Shown here: positions 1 through 13,800 of the stretch, one piece after another | Position numbering within the stretch: the first letter of the stretch is position 1 | Layout: each line of letters starts with the position of its first letter | Assembly: GCF_002571385.2 (NCBI RefSeq) | Contig: NW_019218012.1 | Span: forward strand, 62,001 to 126,000 | Source of the DNA: Stylophora pistillata | Taxonomy: Eukaryota | Reading direction: 5' to 3' | DNA length: 64,000 nucleotides | Position numbers and translations under genes: made by a program | The notes under the pieces: generated by a model | Databases searched by the model: none | The model's input: only the letters and a program-made list of their open reading frames with translations | What the model was told of the DNA's origin: nothing

Positions 1-132
1 TACGAAGGAGACTTCTATAAATATCTGGCGTAAAGTTTTAAAACATCGTCAAAGCGCTTACGCCGTAATTTAACATTTCCGAAATCGTGTTTTAGGGTAG
101 GGCAATATGTTTGTAGTTCGATGTTGTCTTAC

Positions 133-147
133 CTGGGCGGAAATCAT
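133..147 (-). CDS. Possible first coding micro-exon (MISAQ) of a divergent gene running off the left edge
   Basis: Minus strand reads aacaaacaATG ATT TCC GCC CAG|GTAAG. Confidence 0.3.
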
Positions 148-491
148 TGTTTGTTGGTGGTGAAAAAGGTTCTTTTAGTTTACGACGTCAAACACGAAAC
201 AGCTGAAGTAAGTCAAAACATTTGTTAATTCCTTCGGAATTTTTGCGGAAAGTTTTTTCATCTATTCTGGGGAGCTTAAACTTTAAGGTAGGCTCGTACA
301 TGGTACAGATCTTATAAACGAACGATTTGTCTTAATGGCAATAGGGGTAGGTGAATAGCATCTCATTATCAGAAAATCTTTCTTCAAACAGATTAACTGA
401 ATAAAGTGAGATGTATATAACTTTTTATCCCTTGAAGAGATGACACATGTGACGTTTATTTCATGGCAGACTCTTTAAAATCCTTGAAAAT

Positions 492-666
492 TAATCGTAT
501 TTTGAACTGCATATGATTAAAAGAAACGAAATGAAGCTCTCGGGTGAACTGGAATTCCACGAAAATTTTTTGCTTTTTTTTCGGGCACAAATTAAGGTTT
601 GGAAGAGATTCGAACCCGTGACACCCGGGTACCAGTTAGGCACCACTACCAACTGACCCACAGCCA
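492..666 (-). mobile_element. tRNA-derived SINE fragment
   Basis: Minus strand has A-box-like gtcagttggtag and B-box ggttcgaatc followed by a non-tRNA body; no intact cloverleaf. Confidence 0.55.
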
Positions 667-1757
667 TGTATATTTTGGTAGCGAATTGAAGTTTCTTTTT
701 CTGCTAATACTTTGCTTCCACAAATTTTACGTTCCAATTGACAGATGCTTTCAATCTTGTATTGACCAACGTTATAAATCATCTGAAGAATTTTCTGTCA
801 AGCTAAGGACTTAAAAACGTTTTACTCTCAAAATGCACTTTGTGTCAAATTCCTCGCGTTAAAATGCTTCCTTTAGCTGTTGACAGTGAGAATCCCCTTA
901 TGAAAATATCTGATCAAACAAGTAGGTGATCAGTTATATTGGTAAAGAGCCTCAGACTTTAAACATCTCGCGTTTAAACAGACATGAAACCACAAGATCA
1001 AATTAGAAATAAAAGGATTCTAAATGGATCCTGTACAATGCAAAACTCGCTGCTGTACCATAAAATCATCCTTTCGTACAAAATGTGGGTGGTTGTTGTA
1101 TACCTACCGAGTAACGTGTTGACTGTTTGGTCGTGCCTTGAAGGTCATGGTATATTTATCTTTTACTTAAAAATAGCGCCAAGGTATGGGAAATTTAACG
1201 GTTGATAGTACCTTCTTCAACAAGTTCTCTAACCTTTCTGCTCACTTTCAAGAGTTCTCGATGACCAAACTTGGGTATATTTTACTGTTTTTCACTTTTC
1301 TACTTCAGCCAAGACATTCTACACTTCCTGCCTCTTTGCTGCCTCTTTGTCTGAACACGAAATTAAGAAAGTTATGCGCATGCGTCTTGCCATAAACGTT
1401 AACTGGAAGAAAATGCGCGGATATGATATTCCTTAAGCCAAACCATGAGAAAAGTTTTTTATAAAACACTTAACTGAGAAAATGTTCGAATACGAAATAG
1501 TAAGACACCAAACAGAGTAAACTGAGCAAAATAAATTTTACGGTACAGTTAGCTCTCGTCTGAAACAGAAACCTCCCAGAGCCAGTATCAAAGGTTCGTA
1601 TAAAACAGCTCTTTGATTCATTTTGAGTCAAGTAAGAACTGATTGAAGAATTTAAACAACGGGAATGTTCTCCAACCGACATTAGGAAGAAAGATATGCA
1701 TAAAGTTGTTCCCTAGGGAGAGCTAACTACGTTTTCTTCTTTTTTTTTTTTTGTCAG

Positions 1758-1950
1758 TAACTCTCTTCAGTATGCATATTCTCCAAACTGTTCTCTAGTC
1801 ATTTCCTAAGGTGCTGACAAGGAGAATTTGTGAAAAAATCTAGAGCATCTTGAGTTGGTGATCATTTCTTTCGTTCTCGTGACTTCGACCTTTATGTGTG
1901 ATTCAGTGTAATATTGTAAGGGGAAATTAGATGCTAGTTACTCTTGGAAT
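1758..1950 (+). mobile_element. About 200-bp dispersed element, TTAA-CCC...GGG-TTAA family (piggyBac-type MITE, inferred)
   Basis: Core catattctcca...gctgacaaggagaatttg...agttggtgatcattt shared with copies at 7618, 21376, 34237, 43171 and 47891. Confidence 0.6.
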
Positions 1951-4900
1951 AAATTGTTCAACGCTCTAAATGTCATAACATATCTCCCTTAAATCAGGTT
2001 AGTAAAGCTATTTCGTGATTGCAAAGGAATGAGGTACTTACGTCGGAAGAACTTGTTTTTACTGCCAATACTACTCTTAAAAAAAAAAAAAAACACTTAG
2101 GAAAAGGCTTACGGCGTCACGATTTTCCCGCCAAAATGACGCTGGTCCGTGCGCGCGCATCACGTGATACTATTGGACTAAAGCATTCTGAAGTCTCACA
2201 TTGTTATTGACTCTGTTGACTCTATGACTCTAGTTTGCTGTTCGTATTCCACTCGCGCTGAGGGCAACGGTCGACTGAGTCCAAAAGATTTTATTGTCTT
2301 GTTTGTTAGTCCATAGAGAAGAAAGTTATCTTGTGGGAGTTTTGTTCGAGTGCTTCCTTCCTAAGCCAACGAGTTTTGAATGATTTTGATGGCCGAGCCA
2401 AGAGGGTCACCACAAATTCTTACATTTTAGATTCCGTAAGCCAATTTTTTTACGGTCATCTAAACTCTTCACGCTTTTGAACGTTCTAACTAATAAAAGT
2501 ATCATTTGATGTTTTTTGAAAACAGAAAGAATCTTATTCTTGTCCGTTCTAATGCATTTAATCAGGATATCCATGACAAACTGTAGACTTTTGACCACCC
2601 TCTCGAAGACGTCCTCGGCCGCCATTTTGAATGTCACTTGAACGAGAATTGATGTCACACTTTTAGATAGAACTGAACCTATAATTAATAAAGGGGTTAA
2701 GTTTTTTAACCAATGATTATCTTGAATACGTCCCCCCTCCCACCATTCACTTTGCAGAATACATTAATAATAGAAAATCAAAAAGCGAAAGAGGAACAGT
2801 TAAATTTAAAAAAAATGTTGATGATTATAAATTAGAGGTGGTTAGTTAGTTAACCACTCAAAATTGAAAAGCTCTCAGTAATGATATCAACCCAGTTGTT
2901 GTCATTTAATTGTGAATGATAGATCATCGAATTGAAAATTGAGCAATGCCGAAATGACACTTTTGATAGTTTCCGGTTTAAAAGGGCAAAGGTCAAATTC
3001 GATTCCTATGACGTTGGATTTAAAATTCATCAAATTCTTTTTTGCAAAATTGAAAAAGAGTATCGTACTTGAGAGAGAGTTCCGCTAGGAAATTTAAATA
3101 GAGAAAAAAAGTGCGCTGACTTCTTTTAGTCTAAGTGAGTGACCTCTTTGCAAACCTTCCCAAAGGAGAAAATGTTAACATCAGCTGTATCTGTGAAAAA
3201 GCCATACAAGTAAAAAACAACTGTCAAGATCGATTTTCCTTTGTGATTAGAAAATTAACATTTCGCTCTTTTTTTTTTTCGCCCGTTGCTAGAATTGCAT
3301 TCCATTTTTTGAAGAGATCCGGATCGATTACCTTTTATCTATTACAGCCACGGGTGACCAGTATCTGATTTCCCCTTACGGCTGAGTCATTCATTACGAT
3401 AGTGGGAATAAAGGAAATGATTACCAACCCAAGAAAGAAGCTTTGACCGTCAAATGAATTCTCTTTAATTTGTCCGTAGTACCAAAAGAAATGTATAGAG
3501 ACCGCCGTGAGGACGTAAAAGCTTGAATTGAAAATACATCGATTTTATACATATACGAGGTTCCCAAGAATCCCCGGTAGTTAGTTTTGGAAATATCAAT
3601 CATTTGATGTCAAGAATGGGGGCAAAAATTAAGTCGACAATTTCACTTACAGTTAGTTTCCCATTGTTCTCGGTGTTGACATCAATATTGCTGCGGAATT
3701 CCTGTTCATTGAGTGATTAAAGATCGCGCATGCATTTCTTCAGTCATTACGAGATGTAAAATTTCTTGTTATTTTGGGAATTGTTTTAATCGTTTCGATT
3801 ATCAGTTGATACTTTCGGAAATGATGTCCTGAATGCCTTTTGATTATTTTAGTGTTGCGGACTTCCTGAGGAGATGTAGTCATTTTTTCTCTCGCTTTAC
3901 AGTTCCTTGTATCAAAGCTTTGAGTTTGAAGAACGTAAGCCACGACTGGGAGAAGAAACAAATCTTGCTTTTGATGACTGTCTTTTATAGTTCGGTATTT
4001 CAATATCAAAATCAAAGTTTCCTGGTCCAAAAATATGCAAGATACGTCTTTTAAACATGGCATAGAATATTCGTGAAGAAAATTCCAATTTGATGCTGGT
4101 GAAAAGAAAAGAGTCACCTTACGGTAACTTGAGGACGTTTCGGCTGAGCATCGTATCTTTGATTCCATTCAAGTTTTACAGCATTTATCTCCTAAATAAT
4201 GATTTAGCTGACAATCCGCTTACAGTGTTTACATTAGTTGAATAGGACTGCTTTAGAAGTTTAAGCACATTAGGTTTGTTCGATAACAACAGACTCATCG
4301 ACGCTGTACTCAATTTCTTACGGAAATGTCAAGTATGAAGGTCTAACCACAGCAAATTGGAACTCCCTGGGAAATATCTAGATATCCAATCACATTGCCG
4401 CGCTCTGTTTTTAGGGTAGAAAAAGGGTAATTTGGAGGCAACATGCCAGAAATTCCCCAAAATGAAATCATCCAATATAAACAGCCTTGGTAAAGAAGCT
4501 AGGCGCCTTTGATTTTCATTTCAGTTCAATTAACAAGGAATCTAGAGCTTTTTTTGTCATTTATGCAAGCTCGTTGACTACTTAATAGCAATTATTCTCA
4601 GTTCTCACCACAGCAATTTTAAAGTGCTCATGACCCATCAATTAAGAAAAAAAAAAAAAAAAAAAAAAAAAAACACGCTCGGAAAGTTGACAAAGTAACC
4701 TCAACGGCTCCAGGTTTCCTAATAAAAGACAATGATAAGTTATCGATTTGCAGCAATTGATAGCCAAATGAATGTAAACCAATAAACAGTTTGACAGTTT
4801 ATGATTTTCATGACAAATAAAAAGGATTTTGTTTTACTACGGTCATTTTCGAGACAAAAAAAAAAGTAGAAATATTGTGGAGTCTGTTCATCCCAAGTTA

Positions 4901-5872
4901 GCAGCAAGGTTAGACAAGGTAAGATCTGCCCCTTTTGTTGTATATTTCGCTTGTTATTCTAGATTTTATGGGAACAATTTAAGCAAAAATGGTTGATTGC
5001 TTTTCATAATTTGGATTGAATTTTGCGAAAGTTAGAATTTCGTTAAGGGGAGGCGTTCTCGCTCCTATGAAAGACTTATTTGTTGTGTTGGTGCCTTTCA
5101 ACTTGTTGACCTTAAAATGAAAGATAAGTAATCTAGAGATTGGCAAGAATTGATTGAACTCTTTTTTTCTTTTCTTTTTCTTTTTTAACTCAGTGCGTAG
5201 GTGAAACCTCGAATTTTCAAGAGCCAGTTTTTAATGAGTGAATTATGGTGCTAATATTGTTTGCAGATACAGTATGTACTTTGGTTATCTAAAAGGTTGG
5301 ATCGCTATTGTAGTTTCGTGTTGCGTATCTTTCACTTGACTTTTTTTTTTAAACTTTTGGATAATTCAGGAAAATACCGATAAGAAATCGGTCGGAGTTG
5401 CACGAAACGGATCTGTTATCTAATGTTATTGTCTGAGTTACGAGATGAAGAATTTTGTAGGTATCAAACCGCCAAATGGCTCGGCAACCGTCATTGAGTT
5501 AATCACGAGCTTAATTTGGAAGTGATGCAGTTGATAATGTTGTGTCAGCTTTTTTACTCTGAGATGACCTAAAAAAGTGTTCTACAATAATGAGATAAAG
5601 GAAGGTTCCGGTTTTTAAGACTAGGTGACTGAATGAAATCCGATCTAAGGAACAAAAGTTAAGTGTACGCTCCCAAGCGGAATGCCGTACGGGTCTCTTT
5701 CTTGCTTTCCAGGCACAACATTTTTTTTTTGACTTCCTGAGTCAATTCAAGGCCATTTACACTGAGGCTTATAGTTGACACGTTCGTGGGATACTTTAAT
5801 ACTTTGTGCAATTTTGTTCTAACTTTTCGGCTCATGGACGTGATATTACATTGCCACCGATTATTTGAAAAG

Positions 5873-6048
5873 TACTGTGGAACCTCGATTTAACGAAGTG
5901 CCAAGGGACTGTGGAAATTAGTTCGCTGTATCAAGGTTCTGGGGCGTTCATTTTTTACTGTAACTTTAGCCGGGCTGAAACTTAAGTATCGTTCGTTTTA
6001 CCGAGGACTTCGTTGTATAGAAGTTCGTTAAATCGAGGTTCTCCTGTA
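5873..6048. mobile_element. Tc1/mariner-type MITE
   Basis: Imperfect TIRs ctgtggaacctcgatttaacgaa / ttcgttaaatcgaggttctcctg with TA on both sides. Confidence 0.75.
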
Positions 6049-6368
6049 CTGAGCTGTTCTTCCACCTGGTACTGTTTTTATCTTCTACAAGGTGGTTTTA
6101 ACTTTTTAGTCTTCGGATGAAAGTCAATGTGTAACCACTCAAATGAAAGCGAAAGAACAGTTATATCATGCGTTACTATTTATTTTGCTTTACAAACGTG
6201 AAGGTTGTTCTAACTTTTAAGTCTATGAATGAAACCCTCATGTGTAACCATACAAATGAAATACGTTGAGTTGTACTTCAGAGAGGTAATGTTAACTGAG
6301 TCTGCCATATGCAAGGTGGTTTTAAACCTATAAATGAGACCCAGGAGTTTTTCTACACATATGAATGC
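6047..6368 (+). repeat. Three degenerate units of an approximately 105-bp tandem repeat
   Basis: Recurring aaggtggttttaact...tgtgtaacca...aaatgaaa. Confidence 0.65.
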
Positions 6369-7617
6369 TCCTAACGGAATATTCGAGATTAGCGCAAATG
6401 TTTGCGGTTGTCTTCATCAAACTGTGAATGTGATTACGTGAGAAACTTCTGTCCCGTTCAGTACCTCCAAGATGTTAAACCAGAACTGATATATTTTGTT
6501 TCTTAACGTCTGAATTTATAGAAACTTGGTGAAAGCTTTCCCCGGCTTCCTTCCGTCCATGTTTAGTTCTTTGTGTCGTCGAGTTACCCTTCGTCGACTT
6601 TGCTTGAATCATGAGCTTTCTCTTAACAAGAATTTCATCGGATTTTTAATTATAATAAGAAATATTCCAGATATTTTTTAAATTGATTCCAACGTACGCA
6701 TATATGAAAACCCATTTCCGAAGGCAGCCGTGTTAGTAAAAGACTTAGTCATTCTAATGTACTGCGGTTAAAGACATCTTAAGGCGAAATGACAAACTGT
6801 TAGCCTTCCCCTTTTTCATTCATCAAGTAATGGTCATTGTCACGGTAAAAGAGGAAATTGGAATATTATGATCAGTATTTCCACACGTGGGAAATATTTG
6901 TTGTAAAAAAGATATTCCGAGGGAATTAGGTGGGTAAGAAAGTCAATTAGTAAGTAAGTAAGTTTGTGGGCAAATTAAATGAGCAAGGATATTAGTAAGT
7001 AAGAGTTTAAGTCGTTAAGTAAGTTAGTGAGAAGATAAGTAAGGATGCTGGAAGGAGAAGTTTCAATAAGTTTTTCCATAAGCAGCTGCCAATGCTGAAA
7101 TGGGCGGCTGCACCCAGAGAAGGGGCTGATAGACGAAAGCCAGAGACGAAGACCTGCTTGTAGGCTGACCAGACAGTGGTAAGATGTCGTACAGGCGGCA
7201 GAAGACCTTTAATTGAAACTCCTGTAGTAAGTAAGTGGATAACTTTACTGAAGTGTAAGATACTTCTAAAGAAGTCCGTACTGAATTATTGATACAAAAT
7301 TCGCTTATAAGTATCATATAATAACCAAGATTACATAACCTTACGGTTATCACTGTTTAAATAAAAAGATAATTAAATGATATTAATTTTACTAACTGCT
7401 AATGTTTTTAAATATCGTAAATATTATTTAAAAATTCATTAAATAGGTAGAGATTATATGTAAATAGGAAATAGCTGACCCTAACTCTAACCCCAATTCA
7501 TTTTCAACTTGGTTATTATTATTTTTTTTTCGATTAGACTGTTGACCAAAACACAGAAGCGGAAACCAGTCTATCTGGGAAAGCAAAATCTAGCTTTCGA
7601 ATGTGTCTGTCAGACAG

Positions 7618-7830
7618 TTAACCTCTAATAGAGACCAACATAAAATTCCTCTACACAAAATCACACTTAAAAAACTAACATTAAAATCTCAAGAATAAAG
7701 GAAATGGTCACCAACTAAAGAAGCTCTTGATTGTTAAACATATTTTCCTTATCCGCAGCACCTTACGAATGAACAGAGAACAGTATGGGTAATGTTCATG
7801 CTGACCGGACGTTAGGGCGTAAAGGGTAAA
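7618..7830 (-). mobile_element. TTAA-family element, reverse copy
   Basis: gaataaaggaaatggtcaccaactaaagaagctcttgattgttaaaca...gtaaagggtaa is the reverse complement of the 43171 copy. Confidence 0.65.
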
Positions 7831-10800
7831 AAGAAGCTTAAAATGAGGCTTTTTATGACTATTTTGAAAGTTGTACGCACAGGTTTACTTTCATTAAATA
7901 TAAGATAAAATTTATTTTGACAGAATAGATCAAGAACTATCACTTTTTTCCTTCATATTAATTGCTAATTTGAAATGAGAGCCTTGCTTTTTCCTGTGAC
8001 TACCAAATTTCTATTCCAAGTAAGCAGCACGACATGATCGTTTGACTTGGGAACAGATAGAGGCTAGGCTCTTTGTATCGGAAAATGGATAAATTTTTGT
8101 GGTTACTCCAAAAAGACCGCTACTTTTTCCACAGACACAACGAACCGGGAGAGGTGGAAATCTGAAAAGGCAGACTTATCAATTTGCCTATCTAAACACT
8201 GGGAGCGACATTTCCGAAACAATTACTCTAAACTGTTGATCACACTCGTTTCAGTCGAAATTTTAATCAGTTTTAGTTTTTATACTTGTGAGAACATGTA
8301 AGCCCGTGGTGTGTCGGATAATAACACATTGAAGGAAAATCGAGAGATTTAAAATTTGTAATTCCATATGTTTCATTCGATGAATTTGAAAGAGGATCGT
8401 TTGCGGTTGATTTTGTCGGCCAGTAATGGCGTGAATATTGCAGCATGGAAGTAGAGCGGTGTGTAAGACAATCTTTGAAAACTTTCAATTCCTAAACGCA
8501 CTCTAACATCCGTGGAGTAGATATATGATTGCATGGTACAATGTGAGGAAGGGTTTTTTTTCATTTCTTTTTTGGGAAGCATGTGTAGGTTTAATTTTTA
8601 ACAGCTTAAAAACTGTGTAAAGAATGTTAACTTTTGACTTCTGAGTGTTGATAGCGAATCCATGAACACGTTGTGTGCTTGCTTAGGAAATTGGAACGTT
8701 TATCGATGACTGAAAGCTCCAAGAGGGTTTATTTTCGCTTCAAAGCTGGTAGTGACTTAAATCTCAGTCTTAATTCCGTTTAGATGCTTCGTTTGCAATG
8801 CAAGTCGAACCTTTCCATTTTGCATTATCCTCGTACCGTTCTTGTTCATTCTTTCAATTTTGGTGTTTCTTTGTCTTATGAAGATAATGTTATGTGGTTC
8901 CCTTCACGTTAAAAGTAATTTGCACGTCACAGCAAGTGATCCAAATTGAAGTCACATAACGTCCTTAAAAACCATTTGCATCAAACACTGCAACCATACG
9001 GGTCCACGCGATGGTGAAATGGACGCTATTGGTTCTAATTGTAATAACACTAGGTTGCAGTTGAAGGGCATTGAAACGCGCATAAAATGAACATTCATGT
9101 GCAATTTCGTTTTGCATTTCTAATCTCTTGTTGAGCGTGTGGGGTCTCTTGTCCTTTGCTTAGTAAGGTATTTGAAACCTAATGGAGTACAAAATGTTAG
9201 GTCAGCCAAATAGAAAGGGGAATACAACGATTCTACCACCACAATGAAACCACCAAACTACAATTATAATTTTTACAGCCCCTCACTGTAAATTGGGAGA
9301 TCTTCTTTTGGTGTTGCGTAACTGTAATGTCAGAGGTTTTGACCCTCGGTTGTTGGCAGATCATGGAAAGATTCTGCGCAATTGGATTTAAAACACGAAG
9401 AATTCGGCGGAAATGTATCCACTAATCCAAAGGCCACCCATGGGACTGACTGCACGCTATATTCAAAGGCGTTGCATAAAAGCCAGGAGGTGGCTCCTAG
9501 AGAGGAAAATGCGATGATCTAAAGGAGTGCTACTAAAACAAACATGCTTGTCTCCTACTGGTTCACAGATCTTATACCCAGACCCTCCCTCTGGCCCTCC
9601 TAATTCCGCCTGCTTGGAAATCCCACTAAGCTTTTCACAATACTGGCATTGTACACCAGAAGCATACGAAATTGTAAATTTTAAAAACTAGGGGTACTTG
9701 TCGTATATTTAGGATCAGGTTACCCTTTTTGTAATTTTTACATTTTAGCGTGTGTAGGAAATTCGAAAGATGTGCATGTGGGCTTTAAAACAGAATCCCA
9801 AAGTGTGCAATGATTCATGTAAAACTATTTCGTGTCTTTAAAAAGGAAATGCAACAAACAAAAACAAGATTTCGTCAAGGATTCCTCGACCCGGAAGTAT
9901 CAAAGGAAAATCACATATTACACGATTTGCACTTCTAGTCAAGTAACGATCGTTTTAACGGCATCATTTTATTTCTTGTTACAGCAATGATTGAAAGCTT
10001 TTTTTGGATTTCCTTTGTTTTTCAAGAAACAAATTGTACCTGCCAGTCATCGAACGTGCTCGAGACGGGAGCCCTAAACCACAAACAAAATTTCCAATTG
10101 CATTACAGCACGTCTCATCTTGAAATCTCCAATTATTTTTTTTGTTGTTTAAGTTTATTTGATATTCGCATAGGTTAGGCCGATAATTTCAAGTAACTTA
10201 TAATTGATTGGACTTAGCAAAACAAACTCACTTTATTGCATCAAGAGAAAATTACTCATTAACGGATCGATTTCACTGAGAAATGCCTCTTGGCTTACAT
10301 GAAGCGCCGAACAATCGTCTTAATGTTCATTTAAGTGGTTTTTTTCATTCACTTTTTAGTGGATTGTTATAGTTAATTCTGTCTCAAGTTATTTTGGTTT
10401 TTTTTTTCTCAAACGCTTCGCGACTGTACATGAAAAATACCGCTTAATATCACTTAACGGATATTGCAAGTCAAAATAGAAAAAAATCACGCTCAAAGAG
10501 GGTCATATAATGTTGTGTTTCAAACCATCAACTCTATGTAGACGATAGGAGAAATTTCTGGTCCACGTTCATTGTTTTCTTAAAGAAAAGGGTTTTGAAC
10601 AGACGAAAAAAATCGTGCTTCATTTTGTACTTAACTGCGCTTTTATGGTCACTGTAGTTAACGACTTTTGTTTGGTATCCAAAAGTAGTTAACATCAATT
10701 GTAGCTGCAACTTTCATACTAACATTGACTCTCTCTTGGAAATCAGAACAGATTTGGATTCGAAATGACTTTGTGGCGTTCAAAAAAGCATATAACCATT

Positions 10801-13800
10801 CAGAAACTAGAATTCGTTGAACAGCACGGTCGAAAGCGTAGCGATTTGTTAGATAACTTGTCTTTTGTAGATAGTTCCAGGTAGATCTCAAACATTTAAC
10901 GTAGTTTATTTGGAACGAATAGAAGGTATGGACCATTAAATTCCAGGAGTTAAAAAGGTTGAAAGTAATAATAGATATGTTGCAAGGTAATAGTAGACTT
11001 TGCGTGTATGTAGCCGTAGAATTTCGCCGCTCAAACACCATTTTGCCGGACGTGAAGCTTAACTCATCCGGTTCATAAGCTCATTGATGCGATCAAATGT
11101 AGTGAAGCTGTAATGAACACCACCAAGCGAAAGTGCTTCCCGCTAAATGTCCGCGCATGACGCTTTATGCTCAGCTATTCTGTGCTATGATTCGTTCGTT
11201 TTCTGAATAGCTATTGACCGCAATGTACATCGTCGGGGCCGGAACAACAAAGTGGGAAGACAGACTGAGTGTAGATTTGTTGCGCTCTTTAAGACCGTGG
11301 AGTTTTTTAACGAGGCTGAACGTTTGTAAGCTCTCTTCGCTGTTTGCGCGTTTGTCACCAAATTCCTTGACTTGATGCCCCATCTGATTTCCACTCAAGG
11401 CGCCTTGATGGTTCATTGTAAGTGGATTTCTGTTGTAAGTTCTTAACGATAGATCTTAGCTTAAAACGTCCAAAAATTCTTGTTCCTTTTGGTGTTGCGT
11501 GCCTTACTTGGCGTTTATAATTCAGCTGTACATTGTTATCCAAATACATCATTAATAGTATTAGAATTATTAGCTTATTAAGAAATCAGCTTACTCGAGG
11601 AGCTTATATAGTTAATGATGGATGGGTCAGAAAACCTGGATACTGTAAAATTAAGTGCTCGCTCAGTCAGGAGTAAAACTGTTTTGATTAAAAGACAAAC
11701 CCTTATCCGAAAAAACCGAAACCAGAGAGCGGATTAGAATTACTTAATTACACAAATAAGGAAACTTCGCCGAGTGCATGACAAGCCCTTTTAACTATTT
11801 ATGGGAATATTAATAACGGATTTTTCTTATCTAGCTTTATCAAGTAAGATTTACACTATGGTATAGATATATCGTAGATATACAATGTACTGGGACTTAA
11901 TTCAATCACATGCGTGAGCGCACATGGAAGGAAATGGAGAGCCATCCCACACAACGGGTTAAAGAAGTTACATTCTAACTTCCGACAGCGAGGGGTTAAA
12001 ATCAAATGGATCTTTGTGTTTGAAGTGCAAATGTCAAAACTGGAGAAATGTTTTTGCTTGTTTTTATGTGTCCAAGATTTGGCCGCAAGATTTGACCTCC
12101 AGACATGACTCATAGTAATAATCACTTTTAAAGGCGATTTATTTTCTTGTAAAACCAACTAAAAGGATCATCTGCTAAACCACAAAATAGTCTTTCGTTT
12201 GTTTCCAAAATGGCATTTTAGAGGTTAGCGTCTTAGAAGGAAATTTATCCGACAATGAGAAAGATCGGATCAGTTTACTACCTTCATGTTTGATTACATT
12301 TGGGTGTTGGCGAGATTTTTCTGATCTCACCGAGCAAGTGGCTTCGAATCGACAGTCCAGGGCAGTTGACGGATTTTCACGGTCTTGTAGCCGCTATTTC
12401 AGTTCGGGCTACGTTTGCTTTCTTGTAGCTAGCTCGGATTAATCTATCTTAGACAATTTGGACAAGCTTCATAATTTTAACTGAATTGCACAGAGTAGGT
12501 ATAGTGTGCGAGCTATAGATCCCGTACAGTTGTTCTCGATCTTTGTGCCCAACAACGAGGAATTTGTGAAACGTGAACTGCATCGAACAATAACTTCCTC
12601 TACGACCACGAAAGACAACGCCTTGGGTAAGTTACGGATATCTGATCGTCTCTTTGATGATGAGGTTCCTTGACATAAAAAAGACCGAGCAGAAAAAAGA
12701 TACTCCTGTGTTTTTGCGAGCTAGCGGTGTATTTGTCGGTTCTTTTGCTACACACGGATACATTTCTTTGCCTGAGTAAAAAGATTGGGGTGTCGCTCAA
12801 TATTCATTTGCATAAGGTGGAAAACGCTACGATTTCGCATTACAAAAACCATAAACAAAGAGGCAAATAATAAGGTAGGAAGTAAAACAGACCAGATTGA
12901 CTTTTTCCTGTGCTATTTAGCAGACTTGTAAACTCAATTTTCGTTTATCGGATGATTTTTGAGCGTCTGAGTGTTGGTATCGTTATCACGGACATGCAAA
13001 CACTATGCAGTTAGCATATCCTCCTCAGCCCGTGTGACGGGAATCGAATTTCTCCTAACTTATCAGTATGCTTTCAGACATGCGCTTAATGAGATCACGG
13101 GAAAGGATCTGAGGGAACTTAACGTAAAGGTAACAATTCTCCAAACTTGTTCTATAAGGGATTACTTGATACGTGGTGAGAATGTGGGTTTTGATGTATG
13201 AATTTTAAATGAATGGATAATCGAGGCGGCAAATATAAATTGTTGTCAACTGATGTGTAGGCGATGTTAAATGCATGGAGGAAGAGTAAATCAAAATTTT
13301 TTTAAATTCATTACCATAGCAACCTTTGAATTTTAATACTCGCGAAGCCACTCGAATGGAGTACGGTGTTTAGAAGGCTTTAAATGTCGTCGCAGTCCAT
13401 GAAACTACGAAAAATTGCTTCAGTTAAATCGAAATTTTATTTTTTTGGCCCAAAATCTTTATTTTCGAGTATCACAACTTGAAAAACGTGATTTGTGAGG
13501 GTTTCTAAGAATTATGACCTTTGTCAAATCGGCTTTTTTGCTTTTATGGAGCTGTAGAATCTGTGGTCGTTTGGCAAAGAAATGTTCCGCGCTTTGCCGA
13601 GTTTAAGCAAACGCGGGCCGCTCGAATCAATTCAAATTTTTAAGATATTTGTTGTTTTTAAATTACTCGGAAAATCGCCTTCATAGCGCGTAAGTCGTCG
13701 AAACACGTGTTAAACTCAACATTGGTTTTAGGGACAGGACAGACAGGATTTAAAAGCGATGAACTCGACCGACGCAATTGAGAGGTTTTGGAACGCAAAT

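Noticed and set aside
595-666. tRNA gene
   Set aside because: A/B-box-like motifs are present but the stems do not form a cloverleaf; it fits a SINE head better.
3740-4168. 142-aa minus-strand ORF
   Set aside because: No domain similarity that I recognise; composition looks non-coding.
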